Shown: piece after piece, positions 15,570-24,097 of the stretch
Layout of the letters: every line of letters begins with the position of its first letter
Numbering within the stretch: the first letter of the stretch is position 1
Notes under the pieces: model-generated
The model's database searches: none
What the model was told of the DNA's origin: nothing
What the model saw: the letters and a program-made list of their open reading frames with translations, nothing else
Made by a program: the position numbers and the translations under genes
From: a virus
Lineage: Duplodnaviria; Caudoviricetes
Direction: 5' to 3' (one strand)
Length of the DNA stretch: 39,428 nucleotides
IMG/VR virus record: IMGVR_UViG_3300006169_000087
Span: 1 to 39,428 of that record

Positions 15570-17558
15570 ATGACGAGCCTGTACATCGACATCGAGACCC
15601 GAAGCCGGGTCGACCTCAAGCGCTTCGGCGCGTACCGCTACGCGCAGTGCCCCGACTTCAAGATCCTGATGGCGTCCTGGGCGATCGACGACGACCCCAT
15701 TCAGACGGCCCTCTCCGACGAGGAGTTCGCGGACATCTCTGGGCTCTGGGACCCCAAGACCCGCAAGGTGGCCCACAACGCCGCGTTCGAGCGGATCTGC
15801 TTCAGCCGCTGGAAGGGGATCTCCCCCGGTCGATACCTGCCCCCGGCCGAATGGCACGACACCGCCTCGATCGCGGCGGAGCAGGGCTTCCCACGCTCCC
15901 TGGACGGTGCTGCTGCCCAGTTGGGGGCCGACCCCAAGGACAGCGCCGGGACGAGGCTCATCAACCTGTTCTGCAAGCCCAACCGGAAGGGTGGGTGGAA
16001 CGGGCCGGAGACCCACCCGGAAGAGTGGATCGAGTTCATCGCGTACTGCGAACAGGACGTGGACACTCTCCGTCAGGTGGACCGGCTCCTAGAGGAGCAC
16101 GGCAACTGGCCCACCGAGATGGAGCGCCAGGTCTTCCTGGCCGACCAGGCGATCAACGACCGGGGCATCGCCATCGACACCCTCCTGGCCGAGAGGGCTG
16201 CTGCCGCCGGTGTGCACACCACTGAGCAGCAGAAGGAACGGGTCCGCGAACTCACGCTGTGGGAGGTGGACAACCCCGGCTCGGTACAGCAGATGGGTGC
16301 CTGGCTCAAGGACCAGGGTCTCTCGCTCCCGAATCTCCGCGCTGAGACGGTCGAGCGGGCTCTGCTGGGCGATCTACCCGAGCACGTGCGAGAGGTCCTC
16401 GAACTCCGCCAGGAGTTGGCTCTCGCGGCCCCGGCCAAGTTCTCGTCGGCCCTGGCCGCGCAGGTAGAGGGTCGGCTGCACGGCACGCTCTTGTTCTTCG
16501 GGGCTCACACCGGGCGCTGGGCTGGCCGGGGAACGCAGCCCCAGAACCTCCCTCGTGCCTCCTTCAAGCCGGACCCGGACCAGCAGGAGACCCTGGACGC
16601 CATGAAGGACCTGGGTATGCCCAAAGCCGACATCGAGGCCCAGGAGTCCAAGTACATTGACCTCGTCACGGAGCGGGAGATCGCCAAGATCAAGGCCGGA
16701 GAGGAGGTCACCGCGCTCACGTTGAAGAAAGCCGTTCGTCCGCTGTTCACCGTCGACGGATGCGTGGTCGACTACTCTGCTATCGAGGCTGTCGTCATCT
16801 CCTGGCTCGCCGGGGAGGAGTGGGCGCTCCAGGCCTTCCGGGACAAGCGCGACATCTACGTCGAGACCGCCAATAGGATGGGAGGTCTCACCCGTGCCCA
16901 GGGTAAGATCGCGGTCCTGGCTCTTGGCTACAACGGAGGGTCCGGGAGCCTCAAGGCGATGGCCACCGACAAGGACGTCATCGAGGTCGACGGCGTGCCG
17001 ACCAAGTTGGCACGCGTGGACGACAAGACCCTGTACGAGATGTTCGTCTGGCCGTGGCGGGATGCCAACTCCAACATCGTGGATCTCTGGCATCAGTTGG
17101 ACCGGAAGTTCAGGACCGGCGGGGACGTCGGAGACTTCCTCTCCTTCGAGAAGGTCGGCCGCAACGACCGCCTGCTCCGGCTGCCGTCGGGCCGGGCCAT
17201 CGCGTACCGGAAGGCCGGGATCCAGACCCGCAAGAAGATCAACCACCGGACGGGCGAGTTGGAGGACCGCAAGGTGCTCACGTTCTTCTCCCCCGCCGGG
17301 TACCGGACTGACACCTACGGAGGTCGGCTGGCGGAGAACGCTACCCAGGCCGTCGCTCGTGACCTCATGGCCGAGGCGCTCGTCCGTCTTGAGAAGGCCG
17401 GGCTCGAGGTCGTCGCGCACATCCACGACGAGATCGTGGTCCAGGGAACGAAGGACGTCGATCTGGTCTCGGAGATCATGTGCCAGTTGCCCGACTGGGC
17501 CGAGGGCCTGCCGGTGTCAGGCGAGGGCTTCACTACCTACCGCTACAAGAAGGGATGA
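15570..17558 (+). CDS. family A DNA polymerase with 3'-5' exonuclease
   Basis: Exonuclease motifs YIDIET, AHNAAFE, YCEQDV; polymerase motifs A DYSAIE, B R..GK...LALGY, C HIHDEIV. Confidence 0.95.
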   Translation: MTSLYIDIETRSRVDLKRFGAYRYAQCPDFKILMASWAIDDDPIQTALSDEEFADISGLWDPKTRKVAHNAAFERICFSRWKGISPGRYLPPAEWHDTASIAAEQGFPRSLDGAAAQLGADPKDSAGTRLINLFCKPNRKGGWNGPETHPEEWIEFIAYCEQDVDTLRQVDRLLEEHGNWPTEMERQVFLADQAINDRGIAIDTLLAERAAAAGVHTTEQQKERVRELTLWEVDNPGSVQQMGAWLKDQGLSLPNLRAETVERALLGDLPEHVREVLELRQELALAAPAKFSSALAAQVEGRLHGTLLFFGAHTGRWAGRGTQPQNLPRASFKPDPDQQETLDAMKDLGMPKADIEAQESKYIDLVTEREIAKIKAGEEVTALTLKKAVRPLFTVDGCVVDYSAIEAVVISWLAGEEWALQAFRDKRDIYVETANRMGGLTRAQGKIAVLALGYNGGSGSLKAMATDKDVIEVDGVPTKLARVDDKTLYEMFVWPWRDANSNIVDLWHQLDRKFRTGGDVGDFLSFEKVGRNDRLLRLPSGRAIAYRKAGIQTRKKINHRTGELEDRKVLTFFSPAGYRTDTYGGRLAENATQAVARDLMAEALVRLEKAGLEVVAHIHDEIVVQGTKDVDLVSEIMCQLPDWAEGLPVSGEGFTTYRYKKG

Positions 17559-17561
17559 CAG

Positions 17562-17804
17562 ATGAACATCAACGTGCTCATGTCGAGTGGCGAAGAGGAC
17601 ACGTGGGAGGACGCGGCGGACGCCGTGGACGACCGGGGGTCGCTCGTCGTGCTCTACGAGATCGAGGGCGACGAGGTTCCCGCCGGGATCAAGGTCCTCG
17701 AGGTCGCGCAGGAGTTGGAAGATGGGTCCACCAAGGGCCAGACCTTCCAGGTGGCTGCGCAGTACGCGCCGGGGATGTGGATGAAGGTGGAGTTCGACTC
17801 GTGA
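17562..17804 (+). CDS. hypothetical acidic protein
   Basis: ORF between the polymerase and the 5hmdU kinase gene, coupled by TGATG. Confidence 0.7.
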   Translation: MNINVLMSSGEEDTWEDAADAVDDRGSLVVLYEIEGDEVPAGIKVLEVAQELEDGSTKGQTFQVAAQYAPGMWMKVEFDS

Positions 17805-18670
17805 TGGACGTCGACGCCTGCCTCTCCTTCCTGGACTTCGTACACACCCGGCACTCGGTGTGGCGTCGTCGCCAGGAGGGGGAGGCGCAGCCGTGGACGA
17901 CGGACGAGGTCATCGCCACCCGGAAGTTCACCAACGTCTTCCGCCTGCTCGACCCTGGCTCGCAGTTCGTGATGACGGACCTGGTGTGCGACGACCAGTT
18001 CGAGTTCCTGGCCCGGTGCCTCCTCTACCGGATCACCAACCTGCCGGAAGCCTGGCGCTCGTTCGAGGGCGACCTCAACCTCGTGGAACGTCCGGACGAG
18101 TTCCGTGCCCACCTGCACGCTCGGAAGGCTCGGGGCGAGAGGGTGTTCTCTGGAGCCTACATGATCTGGGGTGGCACCGAGAAGGGTGTGGACAAGATCG
18201 ACCACGTGTTCGGAGTCCTCGAGGGAGCCGCTCCCGGCCTCGCAGACTTCCTCATGGCCGACACCCAGGCCGACCGCTTCGAGGCCCTCTCGGGCTGCCG
18301 AGGCGTCGGGTACTTCAACGCCATGCAGGTGCTGACGGACTTCGGCTACAACACCGAGTACCGCGAGGACGAGTTCGTCGTGCCGGGGCCGGGTGCCCTC
18401 AAGGGTGCGTCCTTCCTCGGCATGGGCGGTGAGGAGGCGATCGAGTGGGGTTGGGAAACCATCCACGGAATGGACGACCAGCCGCTCATCTGGGGCTCCG
18501 GGAAGCGGGGTCACTTCCTGAGCAAGATGGACGTGCAGAACTGCCTCTGCGAGTTCAGCAAGTACGTCCGCTTCGCATCCAAGCCCTCTCCACAGAAGCC
18601 GTACGCTCCGGCCCACCCTGGGGTACAGTTGCCCTGGGTGTTGCCGAGCAAGTGGCACACCAGCATCTAG
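17804..18670 (+). CDS. 5-hmdU DNA kinase (aGPT-Pplase1 family)
   Basis: F...RH.VW.RR..G...PWT.D.V....KFTNVFR..DPGS, FSGAY, G.G.F.A.QV.TD, PGPGA.KG, MDVQNCLCEFSKY; position within the cluster. Confidence 0.85.
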   Translation: MDVDACLSFLDFVHTRHSVWRRRQEGEAQPWTTDEVIATRKFTNVFRLLDPGSQFVMTDLVCDDQFEFLARCLLYRITNLPEAWRSFEGDLNLVERPDEFRAHLHARKARGERVFSGAYMIWGGTEKGVDKIDHVFGVLEGAAPGLADFLMADTQADRFEALSGCRGVGYFNAMQVLTDFGYNTEYREDEFVVPGPGALKGASFLGMGGEEAIEWGWETIHGMDDQPLIWGSGKRGHFLSKMDVQNCLCEFSKYVRFASKPSPQKPYAPAHPGVQLPWVLPSKWHTSI

Positions 18671-18684
18671 GAACCGGAGGAACC

Positions 18685-20466
18685 GTGTACAACAACTTCG
18701 TCTACCCCACCGTCACTGAGGCGCTCCCGTGTCTCCTGACGGAGATCGAGGACCAGGGCCTGGAGATCGGCTCCCGCGCTGGTCTGACCAAGGAACTCAC
18801 CCACGTCGGCATCACGCTCACCGAGCCGCTCGACCGCGAGATCCTCTGCGACTTCCGCAAGCCGAACATCGCCGCGCAGATCGCGGAGACGATGTGGGTG
18901 CTCGCCGGACGGGACGACATCGCCTGGCTGGAGAACTACCTGCCCCGTGTCCGTGACTTCTCCGACGACGGCGAGGTGTGGCGCGCCGGGTACGGCAAGC
19001 GGCTCCGGGCCTGGGAGGATCACGGCAGCCCCAAGATCATCGACCAGTGGCGCTGGCTCATCGGCCATATGCAGGAGGACCGGGCGACCCGTCGGGGCGT
19101 CATGTCCATCTGGGACCCGGCGATCGACACCGACCCCGGCAAGGATATCCCCTGCAACGACTGGCTCTCGTTCCTCTCCCGGAACGGGTACCTCGACCTC
19201 CACGTCGCCATCCGCTCCAACGACGTCATCTGGGGCTGGTCCGGCATCAACCAGTTCGAGTGGTCGTCCCTCCTCGAGATCACTGCCGGCATGCTGGGTG
19301 TGAAGCCCGGCTCCCTGCACTTCTCCACCACGTCGTTCCACCTGTACGGGCACCACTTCGCCAAGGCCGAGCGGATCCGCACGCAGACCCTCCAGAACCT
19401 GGACCACCTGCACGCCTCGCCCCGGTTCGACGCTGAGATCGTCGGCCGTGACTTCGACCGGCTCCAGAACCTTCTGGACTCCTGGTTCGTCATGGAGGAC
19501 ATGATCCGCAACGGGTACTGTCCGGACGCCGCCGTGGACGTGTTCACCGAGCCGATGCTCCGGTCGTGGCTCCGGGTCCTCCAGTGGTGGTGGACTGGTG
19601 AACAGAGGTACCTCGAGCCGATCGCTGGGACTCGGCTCGAGGCCGCGACCAAGTTCTCGGTTCAGCCCAAGCGGAAGCCTGTGCTCACCATCACGGACGC
19701 GGTCCCGGCCTTCGACGTCAGCCCCGGCGCGTTCATGGTGCTGGGCTCCGAGCCGACGCACAAGGACGAGTCCTTCATCAACGAGGTCGCCGCGCTCCAC
19801 ATCAGCAAGCACGAGGCGTACGGCGACTCCTGGAAGAAGCGCGGCGAGGCGTTCTCGATCATCCCCAACATCGCCCGGAAGGTCGACCGCCTCGGCAATG
19901 GCGAGACGGACGACGAGAACCAGGCCGACACTGCTGCTGACCTGATGGTCTATCTGGCCAAGTACAGCATCTGGCTGTGGCGTACCGGGGAGTCCGACAG
20001 CCCGCTCCCGGCCAACGACCTGCTCCGGGAGGTGGCGGAGCGTCTCGACTACGTCCCGCAGCCCGCGTTCTCCCGGCCGAAGACCGAGGAGTCGCTGGAG
20101 TTCCGGCTCAAGCAGGCGTTCGAGACCCTGCTGGAGATGGTGGAGAAGGGTGACCCCAACCGGTGGCTGCACGTGAACGCGATGCTGGAGGACGCCTACC
20201 GGCTCGCCTACTGCCGTTGGACCGACGTCCAGGAGTCCGAGGACGACCCGCTGCCCAAGGACCGGACCATCGTCGACCTCCTCGGCTTGGTATGCGTGGA
20301 CGCTACTCTAGAAGAGGTTGCTGGGTGGACGGACGAGCAGAAGCACCAGGCCGTCTACTGGGCGCAGATGGAGCACCTGGAGGCCAGCGACAACGACGTC
20401 CCCGAGCACCCCAAGCCCTCGTTCCTGGAGGGCCGCGATGAGTACCGTGGGGCCGATCGTGACTGA
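18685..20466 (+). CDS. thymidylate-synthase-fold dUMP hydroxymethylase-like enzyme fused to an Nmad1/DUF1599-like helical domain
   Basis: AETMWVLAGR, FSDDG..W.AGYG.R, TRRGV.SIWDP, KDIPCND (catalytic Cys), RSND..WG.SGIN (Asn, dUMP-type), SFHLY; C-terminal K...YGDSWKKRG....NIARKVDRL...DT..DL.VY. Confidence 0.85.
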   Translation: MYNNFVYPTVTEALPCLLTEIEDQGLEIGSRAGLTKELTHVGITLTEPLDREILCDFRKPNIAAQIAETMWVLAGRDDIAWLENYLPRVRDFSDDGEVWRAGYGKRLRAWEDHGSPKIIDQWRWLIGHMQEDRATRRGVMSIWDPAIDTDPGKDIPCNDWLSFLSRNGYLDLHVAIRSNDVIWGWSGINQFEWSSLLEITAGMLGVKPGSLHFSTTSFHLYGHHFAKAERIRTQTLQNLDHLHASPRFDAEIVGRDFDRLQNLLDSWFVMEDMIRNGYCPDAAVDVFTEPMLRSWLRVLQWWWTGEQRYLEPIAGTRLEAATKFSVQPKRKPVLTITDAVPAFDVSPGAFMVLGSEPTHKDESFINEVAALHISKHEAYGDSWKKRGEAFSIIPNIARKVDRLGNGETDDENQADTAADLMVYLAKYSIWLWRTGESDSPLPANDLLREVAERLDYVPQPAFSRPKTEESLEFRLKQAFETLLEMVEKGDPNRWLHVNAMLEDAYRLAYCRWTDVQESEDDPLPKDRTIVDLLGLVCVDATLEEVAGWTDEQKHQAVYWAQMEHLEASDNDVPEHPKPSFLEGRDEYRGADRD

Positions 20467-21571
20467 GGTGGACTGGAGGGCCGGAGATCGCCGTCGAGAG
20501 GCCTTCCAGCGGTCCTACACCTTCAGCCTCGAGTACCGGAACCTTCCCGGCATGGTCTACAGCATGCTCCCGGCCATCGCAGAGGCCTTCGATCTGGACG
20601 ACGACGGCAAGGCGTGGCTGGGGTGGCTCAACGGCAACACCCAGAACGCCGTGACCTCGATGCTCCTCCTGGAGGCCGCTCCGACCCCGTGGGAGTGGCG
20701 GAGGGCTGTGGACTTCTGGAACGAGCACTTCAAGGCGCTCGAGTTCGACACCGACCGGCGCCACCAGAAGACCAAGTTCGGTGAGGCCACGGAGCGGTGG
20801 GTCAACGGACTGATCGACGCTGCGGAGACCCCGGCGTCCGTCTGGGACTTCGACAACGGCAAGGACGCGTTCCGGTACGCGATGGCCCAGCCGTTCATGG
20901 GGAGGATCTCGGCCTGGTCCTACATGGAGTTCGTCCGCATCCTCCTCGGCCCGAACATCGTGCCGGACGTGGATGGGTGGTACCTCGGGGAGTCCTCGAG
21001 CCGGAGCCACCGCAACGCGCTGTGTCTCCTGTCTGGGTACGACGATGCCTGGGGCTGGGACAACGAGCAGGCCGAGATGCCGATGATCCTCGGGATCATG
21101 GACGACCTGCACGACCTCGCCGAGGACCTCCTCACGGAGGCTGACGGACGCAACGCTGTCCTCCTCGGGACGCATGACCTGGGTGGCCCGCCGGAGTACG
21201 ACCACCACCCGCTCGTGGCCCGGCTCACCCTGGAGTCGGCTCTGTGCACGTTCAAGTCCTGGCACAAGCCGGACCGCCGGTATCCCAACGTGTACGCCGA
21301 CATGATGTACCAGCGGATCAAGAAGGCTGAGGCCCGGCTGGGACGCGATCTGACGGACCTCTGGGAGATCCGGGCGCACACCCTTCCTCCCGCTCTCCGG
21401 CTCGAGGACAACCCCGGCGACCCCGGCCTGTCTGCGATCAAGCAGAACTGGTACCGAGAGACCGGGGAGATCCACTACCTGCACATGCTGTTCCCCGACA
21501 TGAACCCGTCCGGGTTCGAGGCTGCCGTCGCCGCTGGCGAGTACGGCGAGAGGAAGGACCCGAAGTGGTGA
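20438..21571 (+). CDS. amino acid:DNA transferase (aGPT-Pplase2 family)
   Basis: RREAF..Y..L.Y...PG.VY, W...NGNTQN..TS, FDTDRRHQK, GR.SAWSY.E, SRSHRN.L, TLES.LC.FK....P.RRYPNVY.DM.Y.RI; adjacent to the hydroxymethylase and PLP genes. Confidence 0.85.
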   Translation: MSTVGPIVTEVDWRAGDRRREAFQRSYTFSLEYRNLPGMVYSMLPAIAEAFDLDDDGKAWLGWLNGNTQNAVTSMLLLEAAPTPWEWRRAVDFWNEHFKALEFDTDRRHQKTKFGEATERWVNGLIDAAETPASVWDFDNGKDAFRYAMAQPFMGRISAWSYMEFVRILLGPNIVPDVDGWYLGESSSRSHRNALCLLSGYDDAWGWDNEQAEMPMILGIMDDLHDLAEDLLTEADGRNAVLLGTHDLGGPPEYDHHPLVARLTLESALCTFKSWHKPDRRYPNVYADMMYQRIKKAEARLGRDLTDLWEIRAHTLPPALRLEDNPGDPGLSAIKQNWYRETGEIHYLHMLFPDMNPSGFEAAVAAGEYGERKDPKW

Positions 21572-22479
21572 CCGAACTGGGCGACGTCCTGGAGTTGGAG
21601 ATCGCCGACCCGACCGCGCTGACCCCGTGGCAGAACCGTGAGGGGATGTGGTACAAGCGGGAGGACTTCCACAGGAACTCCTACGGCGTCAACGGCGCCA
21701 AGTATCGGCTGTGCCGCCACCTGATCTCCACCGGAGTGGCGGAGATCGGAGCCGACACCGTCGTGACGGCCCAGTCCGTCCGCTCGCCGCAGGCCGCGAT
21801 CACGGCCACGCTCTGCGAGGAGATGGGTCTGGACTGCTACGTGGTGGTCGGGGCCAGCAAGCCGGAGACCGCCGTCAAGCACAGGTCGATCGAGATCGCG
21901 GTGCAGGCCGGGGCCATGCTCGACACGAGCCGGAAGGTCGCCTACAACGGCGTCATCCAGCCGTACGCTGCAAGCCTGTCTGAGGACCTCGGAGCGTACC
22001 AGGTGCCCTATGCCATCAGCCCGCCTGAGAACGCCTCCGAGCAGGCCCTCCAGGCCGCTCTCGACGTGGGTGGGGACCAGGTCAGGAACCTCCCGCTGGA
22101 CATCAGCACGCTGGTGATCCCGTTCGGGTCCGGCAACACCACTGCTGGGATCCTGTACGGGCTGCACAAGTACGGCGCTCTGGAGCAGTTGGACCGCATC
22201 GTCCTGGTGGGCGTCGGCCCGGACCGCACGAAGTGGCTCGGGGAGCGGCTGGAGAAGGCTGGGGTCAACACCTTGGACCTCGAGCCTCTGATCGACCACC
22301 AGCCGCTCCACGGATGGTTCGCCGAGTACGCCGACCTCATGCCGGAGACCATCGACGGGATCGTCATGCACCCGACGTACGAGGGCAAGGTCGTCCGGTA
22401 TCTCAACCAGGCGAAGCCGGAGTGGTGGACGCGCCGGGACGACCGCACCGGCTTCTGGATCGTCGGGGGTCCGATGTGA
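21568..22479 (+). CDS. PLP-dependent enzyme (fold type II; probable decarboxylase acting on modified DNA)
   Basis: LTP...YKRED....NGAK.R (PLP lysine), SPQ, VIPFGSGNT..GI..G, HPTYEGK, FWIVG. Confidence 0.85.
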   Translation: MTELGDVLELEIADPTALTPWQNREGMWYKREDFHRNSYGVNGAKYRLCRHLISTGVAEIGADTVVTAQSVRSPQAAITATLCEEMGLDCYVVVGASKPETAVKHRSIEIAVQAGAMLDTSRKVAYNGVIQPYAASLSEDLGAYQVPYAISPPENASEQALQAALDVGGDQVRNLPLDISTLVIPFGSGNTTAGILYGLHKYGALEQLDRIVLVGVGPDRTKWLGERLEKAGVNTLDLEPLIDHQPLHGWFAEYADLMPETIDGIVMHPTYEGKVVRYLNQAKPEWWTRRDDRTGFWIVGGPM

Positions 22480-23063
22480 CTCAGTCCGTCTACATCATCG
22501 GTGGGGCCGGGACGGGCAAGTCCACGTTCACGGCCGAACTCCTCAAGCGTCTCGGAGCCGCTCTCGGCCCGCTCGAGGACCTCTACAGCAAGCCCAACAG
22601 CCGGGGCACCGTCATCACGCTCCGAGGGCACGAGATGGCGAACTCGGCGCGTTGGGAGTCCGGCCTCTACCTGGGGTGCATGCGGAACGAGTTCCCTGGC
22701 ACCGACGGGCTGGACCGGGTCTCCTACATTCCCGGGGAGGAGTGGCTAGCCACGGCCCGGCTCCCGGACATTCTCATCGGCGAGGGAGCCACCCTGGCTG
22801 TGCGCCGGTTCCTCTACGCTCTGGACGTCAGCACCAACCTGCTGGTCATCCACCTCACGACCGACGAGATGGTCAAGGAGATCCGCCTGGCCCAGCGCGG
22901 GGCCGACCAGGACGAGAAGTTCATCGCCGGAACGGCCACCCGCTCGGAGAATCTCGCCACGGAGTTGTCCAAGGCCGGGGTCCAGATCGTGACCGCCGAC
23001 ACGTCGGAGATGTACGACTGGGGCATCGCTCTGGACACGGCGGTCTCCCACCTTCTCGGGTAG
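22476..23063 (+). CDS. P-loop nucleotide kinase associated with DNA modification
   Basis: YIIGGAGTGKST Walker A; LG......F.GTD.L, EGA.L; last gene of the cluster. Confidence 0.8.
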   Translation: MTQSVYIIGGAGTGKSTFTAELLKRLGAALGPLEDLYSKPNSRGTVITLRGHEMANSARWESGLYLGCMRNEFPGTDGLDRVSYIPGEEWLATARLPDILIGEGATLAVRRFLYALDVSTNLLVIHLTTDEMVKEIRLAQRGADQDEKFIAGTATRSENLATELSKAGVQIVTADTSEMYDWGIALDTAVSHLLG

Positions 23064-23071
23064 AAAGTTCT

Positions 23072-23176
23072 CCATCTCGAAAACTTTTTCTGCGAAACCC
23101 TAGCGCGGGACGATTCCGTCAGGTACCTTCGTTGTATTGGCCCGACCGGCGGGCCAGAGAACCGGAGGACAGAACC
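23072..23176 (+). promoter_or_regulatory. conserved promoter/leader cassette P2
   Basis: CCATCTCGAAAACTTTTTCTGCGAAACC, CTAGCG (23100)-18-TACCTT (23124), hairpin GGCCC/GGGCC, GAACCGGAGG. Confidence 0.8.
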
Positions 23177-23605
23177 ATGGCGATCAACAAGACCAAGTAC
23201 GACGGCATCCACTACCAGGTCACCGTGATGAACATGAGAGACGGAAGCGTCCAGGTTCACGGAGCCGGGTGCGCCGATCTCAAGCGAGGCAAGAACTTCG
23301 CGGAGAAGTACCAGGCAGACGAACTGTGGGACTGCGTGGACCGCGAGGACATCCGCGAGGCCTACAACGCGGACTTCGACGAGGAGACCGACGGCTGGTA
23401 CGACATGACCTGGATGCCCTGCGCCAGCCACGTCCCGGACCGCACCGACTACGTCGCCGACGCCGTCGAGAAGGCCCAGAAGGACGTCACCGTGACGACC
23501 AAGGTCGGCCGCAAGTGGACCTACATCTACGTCGGCGGCGAACTGGTCGCAGAGGTCCGGAACGACCACGTCGGCACGACCCTCGACTACTTCCGGAACC
23601 GGTGA
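23177..23605 (+). CDS. hypothetical protein
   Basis: MAINKTKY... after P2; VHGAGCADL motif. Confidence 0.75.
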   Translation: MAINKTKYDGIHYQVTVMNMRDGSVQVHGAGCADLKRGKNFAEKYQADELWDCVDREDIREAYNADFDEETDGWYDMTWMPCASHVPDRTDYVADAVEKAQKDVTVTTKVGRKWTYIYVGGELVAEVRNDHVGTTLDYFRNR

Positions 23606-23841
23606 TGCCAGAAGAGAGCCGGGTCTCCCGGTCGGACCTGAAAGGGTTCGACGGGGAGGCCACCCGGCTGATCCTCTGGGCACAAGAGCAAGGTGCTCGC
23701 GTCCGGATCTCGAACCGAGGTCACGCGATCATCTACGGGCCGAACGGCGGTTCTGCCTCCGTCTCGTCCAAGTCCAAGGCTCGGAACCGGGCCGGTAAGA
23801 ACAACGCAGCAGGCGTCCGTCGGCTGTTCAAGGAGAACTGA
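23605..23841 (+). CDS. HicA-like small basic protein
   Basis: A.EQG.RV..S.RGH.IIY.P.G...SV: alpha-beta-beta-beta-alpha pattern with the conserved GH. Confidence 0.55.
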   Translation: MPEESRVSRSDLKGFDGEATRLILWAQEQGARVRISNRGHAIIYGPNGGSASVSSKSKARNRAGKNNAAGVRRLFKEN

Positions 23842-23842
23842 C

Positions 23843-24097
23843 ATGCGCAAGACCACCGCCTACCTCATCCGCATCCCGACGACCGACCCGAACGGGACTC
23901 TGGACGACATGATCGCCCGGTGCCCCGTGGCCGTCGAGCAGACCGCGTTCCGGAGCGGCACGGCGGGCCTCCGCTTCCGGATCCCCACCAACGACATCGC
24001 TGCCATGGACACGGCCCGTGAGATCGCCGCCGGACGTCCGTTCGTTCTGTCGACCGGGTACGGTGTACACCAGCGCGACGTTGGGTCGCAGCAGTGA
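23843..24097 (+). CDS. hypothetical protein
   Basis: RBS AAGGAG; coupled to the next gene. Confidence 0.65.
   Translation: MRKTTAYLIRIPTTDPNGTLDDMIARCPVAVEQTAFRSGTAGLRFRIPTNDIAAMDTAREIAAGRPFVLSTGYGVHQRDVGSQQ

Noticed and set aside
18685-19680. Ordinary thymidylate synthase or dCMP hydroxymethylase
   Set aside because: Asn at the specificity position argues for dUMP rather than dCMP, and the flanking 5hmdU kinase and transferase genes argue for hydroxymethylation. A plain ThyA is not strictly excluded without an assay.
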